From positions 190,712,001 to 190,776,000 of the forward strand of contig OZ038378.1 of NCBI GenBank assembly GCA_964036045.1: a stretch of 64,000 bases of DNA. Direction: 5' to 3'. This DNA comes from Eutreptiella sp. 'Long Island Sound 2002'. Lineage: Eukaryota > Protista > Euglenida. The notes beneath the pieces were generated by a model that saw only the letters and a list, made by a program, of their open reading frames with translations, was not told the origin of the DNA and did no database searches. The position numbers and the translations under genes were made by a program. Positions 53,601-64,000 of this stretch are shown piece by piece. Each line of letters starts with the position of its first letter. Within the stretch, counting starts at the first letter, position 1.

Positions 53601-55569
53601 GACTGGAAAAAACCCCCTTTGGGTAGAGGAGTACTACAGCATCAGGGCAAGGCTGCTTGCTGCACTTTGCCGTGAGCTGTGGACCCACAGGGTTTCGCAC
53701 CTGAGTTCCTGTGAAAAGAACAGTTTGACACATATGTCCCAGAATGAATAGTTCCCAGCCCCAGCAACTCTGTGGAACTATAAATTGGTGTCAATACCAG
53801 ACCAATCTCCAGATGAGTGCGCCGGGGCCTGTGGTCTGGTTTGCAATGTATCATGTGGTCCATTGACGTCTCGGCATGTTCTTGTCCAAATAAGGCCCTT
53901 CGGTCCCCGAAGTTTGACATTATGTGGGCCCAGAATCAGGCCCAGACAATGGGGGGGGGGGGGGGCTGCCTGCTTGCCGCACGAGGAAGTGAAAGCCTCT
54001 GCAATGCAATTTCCCCCAAACTTCCCAAATTGCACTATCACGGATCGAAATGCCCCAGTTGGACATTCTTTCCAACTTTTCTCCAAGAGATGCTGCATGT
54101 TGATCTGTTGACACTATCGCTTTCCACAAGGAACGCAGGTCCACATCGGAGTGCTGATGCATGCGCCAGCACGTCATCAGAGATCATTAAACAAAAGGTG
54201 TGGACAGAAAGGCCCTAAAATTTGGCAACACACATATATGGAAGAATTGCATAGGACCAATCGTAGTAAATGTAGGAAAGGATGAGGGGACTGTAGCACG
54301 CCACGTGTTGTCCCTACAGCGATGTCCATGTGGCACAAAGGCGCAACCAAATCATATGCCCCCCCATGACTCCAAAATGAGGAGTTTTACTCAGCGCCAA
54401 GTTGCCAAAAGAATCTACACTTCTGATACTGGAAGGCTTCTCTTCCGCAGGTGCGCTGCAAGTGCGCCGCAGGCGCACTACAGGGGCCGTAGGGGAACAG
54501 AGGACGGCAGCTTTACCCCTTGTAGTACCTGCTGATGGCACAGGCCCACATTGGGGCTAATAGGCGTCTATAGGACGCCAATCTGTGTGATTGGGCACCG
54601 CTGCCAATGTGCGGTTGGCCGTGGAATGGCTGCCTATTGTGGCTGTACTTGTGCCACATGGGATTGATAGGCAGATAAGAGTGGCCCGGTCCTCAGGTGC
54701 TTTGAGTCAGGCCTCCCTCCCCATTGAGGCAGCACACTCGAGAAGAATGCGCCACCTCCCACCTGCTGTTGCACTTCGCCCCCTCTCGCACACATCCGGC
54801 ACATGCCCTTCCAGAACAGCTCTGCACTCGGCCGAGTGTCACACGTGCTCCGTTCAGACAGTTATGGGTCACCCCGGCCGGGCTCGACAGGGCCCCTGCC
54901 TGCGGGACGCGACTTCCTGATGGCCTCAACACACAGACCGCTGTTGGTACGGCAAAAGAAGGGTCGTCCTGAGGCAGCCCTGAAACGTCCCGCCACAATG
55001 CACCGCCCTGTACTCTGCATCACTGTGCAAAGGCCTGCGCCCTGTCATACAGTACCACAGACCTGCAAGGGCTCGATCACGGAGTCGAAGGCAATGTCCC
55101 GCATCAGCGCAAAGTGCGCCAGAACGACGTGCTCCAGCTGCGGCCGGACCCACTGGGCGCTGGGCCTGTGCCGGACCCAGGCCGTCATGCAGACGCCCGC
55201 CTGCACCCGCACGGGGAGCTCCGGGTCCCGCATGAGGGCCACCGTCCCCGCGACCACGGAGCGGTGGTGCTCCGGCACCCGCCACTGCACCCGCCGGTAC
55301 TGCGCGCACACCCACACCGCCCGCGCCCGCAGGTGCCCGTGGGGGCTGCACAGCTGCGGCAGGACGTGCTGCACGAGCGCGGCCTCGACGCGCGGGCGCC
55401 ACCCCGGGGCCGCGAGGAAGCGCGCGTGCAGCACGCCCAGCGCGAACAGGGCTCCGTCCTGCGTCGCGGGGTCGCACGCGCGCCCCGCGGTGTCCAGGGC
55501 CTGCGCGACGCACGCCAGGACGTGCTCCCGCAGGTCGGCTCGGTGGAACGGCTGCACGCGCTGTGCGAC
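50547..55569 (-). CDS. IPO7: Importin-7/8 family karyopherin (SAD2/Nmd5-type), 3' three exons; N-terminal exons not found in the window
   Basis: Exons 55569-55063 (507 nt), 52740-51394 (1347 nt) and 50651-50547 (105 nt, TAA), all GT-AG phase 0. Motifs QDGALFALGVL, VQHVLPQLCSPHGHLRARAVWV, LMRDPELPVRVQA and an acidic C-terminal loop. The symbol is family-level only. Confidence 0.9.
51394..52740 (-). CDS. IPO7: Importin-7/8-like exon (HEAT repeats plus acidic loop)
   Basis: cgcgcag|gtg ... cag|gtgctc. Confidence 0.9.
55063..55569 (-). CDS. IPO7: Importin-7/8-like exon
   Basis: cctccag|gtc ... cag|gtctgt. Confidence 0.9.
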
Positions 55570-56009
55570 CTGGAGGAACGGCGGGATTGGCCGGGAAGAA
55601 GAAGCGCGGCCCTAAATCGAGGGGTGGGGGGGGGTTGCGATCAGGGAGGGTCCAATCCGGTTGCGAAAAATTGTGGGGAAATTGCGGGGGAAAAATTGTG
55701 GTGCCGCAACCAAACCTCCCGAAGCCTTGGGGAGCAACACTTCTGCACAGCTCAGGATATTTCTGTGTCTCTTCAAACAAAAAATTTACGAAGAATTGCA
55801 GAAAATTGCGAAAAATTGCGAACCGCAATCCCCCCCCCCCCCCCGCCTACACCCTCACAAGCAAAGCGCGGGGGACCATCCCACGCAGTTGTCAAAATAC
55901 ACCCATTTCAGTGGCCGAGTGCCATGGGCAATTATGAGGAAGAAGAGCAAATGCGCAGTGGATCTGTTTGGGGTTGAACTCACCCCTGACCACCTCAACA
56001 ACATTCACC

Positions 56010-56017
56010 CGCACACC

Positions 56018-56058
<41 letters not shown>

Positions 56059-56159
56059 ACACACCCACACACACCCACACACACTCACACACTCACACAC
56101 TCACACACTCACACACACTCACACTCACACTCACACTCACACTCACACTCACACTCACA

Positions 56160-56256
<97 letters not shown>
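56010..56256. repeat. (CA)n/(CACACT)n microsatellite
   Basis: Directly visible. Confidence 0.97.
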
Positions 56257-56258
<2 letters not shown>

Positions 56259-56689
56259 CGTGCGGGAAAACCAGTGGGGACCAAACGCGGGGCACAACGT
56301 CAGTGAAGACGAAAGCAGGCGAAGGCAGAGCACTGGTCACCGAGACAATTTCATCAGGCCATTAACAAAAAGGTAGGCAAGGTCCTTTCTGAGACAGGAG
56401 TGACGGTGTACAGGAGTTTGTTCTCACAGTGCAAGTTGCGCTGATCACTACAGACCCTGCCCACTGCCCGGCCCTGTCTAGCCAATGATTGTATGATCTG
56501 TTGAAAACCGCAGCGCTACTTACATGCCTACTCTGGAGGTACTTAGCTGGAGACGGGTGTAACCACCCGCTCACACACACACAGACTCCAAGGGGGGCCG
56601 TCATGGTCAGTGAATCCGACGCCTTTCGCTGTCGCTTTGTGGCGCACACCGTGGCGTGTCGTGGTGTTGGTGTTTTCTTGCTGTGGTGT

Positions 56690-56755
56690 GTGCTACCCCA
56701 GCGGTTGAATCGCTGGGCTCGTGCCGTGAAGGCGCCGGTTCGATTCCCGCTGTGC
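56690..56755 (+). mobile_element. tRNA-like Pol III promoter head (+)
   Basis: Degenerate A box TACCCCAGCGG at 56694 and B box GGTTCGATTCC at 56737; 43-nt spacing. Confidence 0.45.
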
Positions 56756-57014
56756 GCATGGCTGCACTGCCGAAGAGAAGACTCGCTGCAGGAGCCCGGC
56801 TGCAGCGAATGCGCCCCCCTCGCCACGCTGCCGGGGTTCAAGACGCGCAAGCGGCGCGCGCTGCCGGAGGGGGCGGTGGTGCGTTTTTGTGGGGCGCGTG
56901 TAGGGGGTCGGGGGTTTGGGGGGGTTGCCTGAAAAAGCGAGGCGCACCGCCCGCTGCCGGTGCCCGTGGACTCGCTGGCCGCGTGTGCTGTTGTAGGGGG
57001 CGGTGGTGCGTTTA

Positions 57015-57090
57015 CGACGATAGGAGGATTCGAACCTCCGCTATAGGCAGACGAGTCTATGTCGCTGACCACTGGTCCACTCCAAGCCTC
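57015..57090 (-). mobile_element. tRNA-like Pol III promoter head (-)
   Basis: A box TGGACCAGTGG at 57079-57069 and B box GGTTCGAATCC at 57036-57026; 43-nt spacing; no acceptor stem. Confidence 0.6.
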
Positions 57091-57282
57091 TTACATGTCT
57101 GTGGCACGAACATGCACATTCATGGGTTACACACACATTGTCTCCCAAGGGGGGCAGTCATGGTTGCTGGGTTTAACTTTGGCGGCGTGGAGGTGGAGGA
57201 TTTCCCAGTCTCCGCACCAGAAGCCTGTGGTTCCGTCCGGTGACAGGGATGGGTCCAGGTGCCAACTGCTGTAGCTGTCCCC

Positions 57283-59383
<2,101 letters not shown>

Positions 59384-59689
59384 GGGGGTGGCGGGGGGTA
59401 GTCCAATGGCAGTTGTTGTCTGTGGACCACTCTGTTTGTTCCTGCCACTTCCCGTCAGTCCGGCCCGAGTGTGGCTCACGGCGCCGGTGGGGCAGCCACT
59501 CATGGTTTCAGAGTGGCGTGTGCTGACAAACGGTGGGGCCACCTCCTCTGGTAAGGTATTGGTATTGGTTCAGTTTCTCTCAGTTTTCCCTTCCACGCTC
59601 TCAACCAGGGTCCACCCCTCCCTCCTTCCCTTACAACCCCTGCCCTCTCATTTCGTTCCTCCCTCCCTCCCTCCTTCCCCCATCCCAGC

Positions 59690-59785
59690 ACATCACTGAA
59701 GGAAATCCCAGAGGTTCAGAAGTATTATGCCCAGTTTGGAGATCGTGTTCCTGTTGAGCTGACGCAGGCTATGGAGAATGCTGGT
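59690..59785 (+). pseudogene. PCK: C-terminal fragment of GTP-dependent PEP carboxykinase
   Basis: LKEIPEVQKYYAQFGDRVPVELTQ matches the PEPCK-GTP C-terminal F-G-D-R-x-P-x-E-L helix. Confidence 0.7.
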
Positions 59786-59918
59786 ATGGGCATGAAGAGT
59801 GCTGGCAACATCAGCTTTGATCTGGCAGTGACGACCTTCATTGGATCGCTGCTGAGTGACGATCTGACTGCATTCATGGATTGTGCAAACGCGAGTGATC
59901 TTTTCCTCTGCCTCAGCG

Positions 59919-60947
59919 ATGCCGTTTGAACCTGGACCGCCCCCGTTCACACCTCCAGGGGTCGCCTTCTCGGAGGCATACAAGCCCCTTTGGCATTTCT
60001 TTCGTTTCCAGGATGATGAGCAGGAGGCGCAGTATCGCCAGACATTTGATCAACTATCGCGTTTTGCTGGCCTCATCTGGTGTATCTTCCACATCATTAT
60101 AGCGGTGCTGGTTCCATCACTCGGGGTTTCTCAAGGTCACGACAGTCGTTCCTACCTTGCATTCGCGCCCAGTCTTGGGGGGACCCTGCTGACCTCCATG
60201 GCGCTCTTTCTGCCCAGCTTGATGCGTCACACAAAGACGATTTGTAGCCTAGCAACGGTGCTGCTGGCGGCGTGTCAGGGGTGGATCGTGCACACCCATA
60301 CCTCTGTCGCAGCGGCTGATCTTGAGCGACATAGGCTCTAGTTGACGCTGGACAAGCTCTCTGGCGATACAGCTGCAATGCATCAATTGGATGCATATGT
60401 CCAAGAATCCACTGGAACCCATGTTCTGGATGTTCAGCTGATGGTCTGTATCTCACATTGCATTGTGCTATTCATCGTAGGCTTTTGCCCCTCTTCTGTG
60501 GTCTGCTGTCTATTCTTGCCCATCAGCATTTGCATTGTGCATCTTTTCAGTCCGCTCGTTCCAGTACAACCCGTCCTGATCCGATTGGGCGTTTCTGCAT
60601 TGGTGGGTTTGTTCCTGCTGGCGGGTACTGGCAGCTTCACGTCGAAGCGCCGGAGCTTCTTTCTGCTGTTGGACCACTTTGAGTCATCTCTGCACAAAGC
60701 AGTGGCTGCCTCACAAAAGGCCGATAATATTCTGAACCACACGCTCAAGACTAACATGGCAGACGTGTGTGCTGAAATAGACCTGTTCCCCGCAAACAAC
60801 GACTGCACCGACCAACTCCATGCTCTCAATGATCTCCACCACGCCAACGGCCTGCCGAAGTGCCCGCAGGCTGTTGCGGCACCACCTCCCGGCACACGCG
60901 CTAACAACACGGCTTCATGTGTATGGGGGGAGCGTGCAGAGGTAGCG
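59919..60947 (+). pseudogene. Intronless fragment of a multi-TM sensor with His-kinase-like H-box, interrupted by a TAG
   Basis: ATG at 59919; FRFQDDEQEAQY followed by several hydrophobic segments; TAG at 60339; coiled segment and [18 protein letters not shown] (His near 60738). Confidence 0.65.
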
Positions 60948-63900
60948 GAGAAGACGCCGTTCCTGAAGTACCTGCACTCTGTGGGCGAGCCTGTGACACC
61001 AGGTGCAAAAGATGTTCCCTGGCCATGCAACTCTGACAACCGCTGGACTGTGCACTTCCCTGATGAACCCAGTGTGTGGTTGTTTGGCAGTGGATATGGA
61101 GACAACACATTGCTGGGCAAGAAGCGATATGCCCTGCGCATTGCATCCACCATGGCCCGCAAAGAGGGCTGGCGGGCAGAGCATTGCTTGATTTTGGGGC
61201 TGACATCACCAGAGGGCAAGGAATACTACATTGTTGCAGCCTTCACGAGTGCCAATGGCAAGACCAATCTTGCAATGCTGGTTCCGTCCGTTCCCGGCTA
61301 GAAGATGGTGATGTGTGGTGGGAGAGCATGACCAAGACCGCCTCCGAAGGCCTGATTGTTTGGACTGGCCAACCGTGGACCCCAGACTGTGGTCACAAGG
61401 CTGCACATCCAAATGCGCGGTACACGACGCCTGCATCTCAATGCCCTGTGATCGATCCTGAGTGGGAGAATCCGCAGGGTGTGCTCATCTGTGCCATTCA
61501 GTTTGGAGGTCGCCGCCCGAACCTGGTGCCATTGATGACGGAAGCTTTCAGCTGGAAGCATGGTGTGTTCATGGGATCCATCATCGGCTATGAGCCATGA
61601 GCTATGAGCTATGAGCTCATCAGCGGTGACGTGGTGACATGGTTGAACTGGTGACAGGGTGTGCCCATCAGTGCTTTTCTGTTTGGAGGTCAGGAATTAA
61701 CAGCACCCATCGATCCTGACATGGTGACGACGAACAATTGGGGCTGATCCTGTGGAGATGAAGAAGAAGCTGATTGGACTATTCAAGGGATGCATGGAAG
61801 GGCGCACCATGTACGTGATTCCATTCTGCATGGGACCCCTTGGATCACCATACTCCAAATTTAGTGTTGAGATCACGGACTCTGCATAAGTGGTGGTGAA
61901 CATGAAGTTCATGTGCCGCATTGGCACCAAGGTGCTGCGTCTGATTGACGAGAAGACGCCGTTCCTGAAGTATCTGCACTCTGTGGGCGAGCCTGTGACA
62001 CCAGGTGCAAAAGATGTTCCCAGGCCATGCAACTCTGACAACCGCTGGACTGTGCACTTCCCTGATGAACCCAGTGTGTGGTTGTTTGGCAATGGATATG
62101 GAGACAACACATTGCTGGGCAAGAAGCGATATGCCCTGCGCATTGCATCCACCATGGCCCGCCAAGAGGGCTGGCGGGCGGAGCATTGCTTGATTTTGGG
62201 GCTGACATCACCAGAGGGCAAGGAATACTACATTGTTGCAGCCTTCACGAGTGCCAATGGCAAGACCAATCTTGCAATGCTGGTTCCGTCCGTTCCCGGC
62301 TAGAAGATGGTGATGTGTGGTGGGAGAGCATGACCAAGACCGCCTCCGAAGGCCTGATTGTTTGGACTGGCCAGCCATGGACCCCAGACTGTGGTCACAA
62401 GGCTGCACATCCAAATGCGCGGTACACGACGCCTGCATCTCAATGCCCTGTGATCGATCCTCAGTGGGAGAATCCGCAGGGTGTGCTCATCTGTGCCATT
62501 CTGTTTGGAGGTCGCCGCCCGAACCTGGTGCCATTGGTGACGGAAGCTTTCAGCTGGAAGCATGGTGTGTTCATGGGATCCATCATCGGCTATCTGAGTG
62601 CAATGCAGACACTGGAGAAGAACTCCATCTTCGCAAACGCTGCGCTGACCCCAGATGGTGGTGGGTGATGGGAGAGCATGACTAAGACCGCCTCAGAAGG
62701 CCTCATTGATTGGACTGGCCAGCCGTGGACCCCAGACTGTGGTCGCAAGGCTGCACATCCGAATGCACCGTACACGACGCCTGCATCTCAATGCCCTGTG
62801 ATCGATCCTGAGTGGGAGATCCGAAGGATGTGCCCATCTGTGCCTTTCTGTTTGGAGGTCGCTGCCCGTACCTGGTGCCATTGGTGACGGAAGCTTCCAG
62901 CTGGAAGCATGGTGTGTTCATGGGATCCATCATCGGCTATCCGAGTGCAATGCAGACACTGGAGAAGAACTCCATCTTCACAAACGTTGCGCTGACCCCA
63001 GATGGTGATGTGTAGTGGGAGAGCATGACCAAGACCGCCTCCGAAGGCCTGATTGTTTGGACTGGCCAGCCGCGAACCCCAGACTGTGGTCGCAAGGCTG
63101 CACATCCGAATGCGCGGTACACGACGCCTGCATCTCAGTGCCCTGTGATCGATCCTGAGTGGGAGAATCCGAAGGGTGTACCCATCTGTGCCATTCTGTT
63201 TGGAGGTCGCTGCCCGTACCTGGTGCCATTGGTGACGGAAGCTTCCAGCTGGAAGCATGGTGTGTTCATGGGATCCATCATCGGCTATCTGAGTGCAATG
63301 CAGACACTGGAGAAGAACTTCATCTTCGCAAACGCTGCGCTGACCCCAGATGGTGATGTGTGGTGGGAGAGCATGACCAAGACCGCCTCCGAAGGCCTGA
63401 CTGATTGGACTAGCCAACCGTGGACCCCAGACTGTGGTCACAAGGCTGCACATCCGAATGCGCGGTACACGACGCCTGCATCTCAGTGCCCTGTGATCGA
63501 TCCTGAGTGGGAGAATCCGAAGGGTGTGTCCATCTGTGCCATTCTGTTTGGAGGTCGCCGCCCGAACCTGGTGCCATTGATGACGGAAGCTTTCAGCTGG
63601 AAGCATGGTGTGTTCATGGGATCCATCATCGGCTATGAGCCATGAGCTATGAGCTATGAGCTCATCAGCGGTGACGTGGTGACATGGTTGAACTGGTGAC
63701 AGGGTGTGCCCATCAGTGCTTTTCTGTTTGGAGGTCAGGAATTAACAGCACCCATCGATCCTGACATGGTGACGACGAACAATTGGGGCTGATCCTGTGG
63801 AGATGAAGAAGAAGCTGATTGGACTATTCAAGGGATGCATGGAAGGGCGCACCATGTACGTGATTCCATTCTGCATGGGACCCCTTGGATCACCATACTC

Positions 63901-64000
63901 CAAATTTAGTGTTGAGATCACGGACTCTGCATAAGTGGTGGTGAACATGAAGTTCATGTGCCGCATTGGCACCAAGGTGCTGCGTCTGATTGACGAGAAG
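60948..64000 (+). pseudogene. PCK: Nested tandem array of intronless, inactivated GTP-PEPCK fragments (runs off the window)
   Basis: Motifs [54 protein letters not shown] and FGGRR..VP. A 348-bp unit has junctions at 62591, 62938, 63286 and 63634, inside a 2,045-bp repeat (61589 to 63634). Stops and frameshifts are present. Confidence 0.95.

Noticed and set aside
60948-64000. Functional PEPCK gene
   Set aside because: It has stops, frameshifts, a missing GDDIAW segment, an altered PSAC motif and scrambled order.

Overview
Eukaryotic, intron-rich, repeat-dense genomic DNA. A euglenid-like protist is my inference, from the GTP-type PEPCK, the membrane His-kinase-like fragment, interstitial TTAGGG-like tracts and the intron style; it is not proven. 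Two spliced genes lie on the minus strand. (1) A REJ-domain/GPS-motif single-pass membrane protein: 18 hand-assembled GT-AG exons from 42,778 to 2,089, 3,119 coding nt, phase-consistent, about 1,040 codons, 5' end not found. (2) The 3' part of an importin-7/8 (SAD2/Nmd5-type) gene: exons 55,569-55,063, 52,740-51,394 and 50,651-50,547. Most supplied ORFs are artefacts of microsatellites or GC-rich repeats. The introns hold a 3'-truncated APE-RT LINE, tRNA-derived SINE heads, MITE-like elements and satellites (25, 40 and 82 bp). They also hold a head-to-tail triple of a ~1.16-1.18 kb element embedded in telomere-like repeats, and two variable-cargo elements sitting in (GTT)n tracts. From 59.7 kb to the window end is an intronless mosaic of shuffled, inactivated PEPCK fragments amplified as nested tandem repeats, fused to a multi-TM His-kinase-like fragment. 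I found no rRNA, genuine tRNA or CRISPR array. All calls are by eye; no database search was run.
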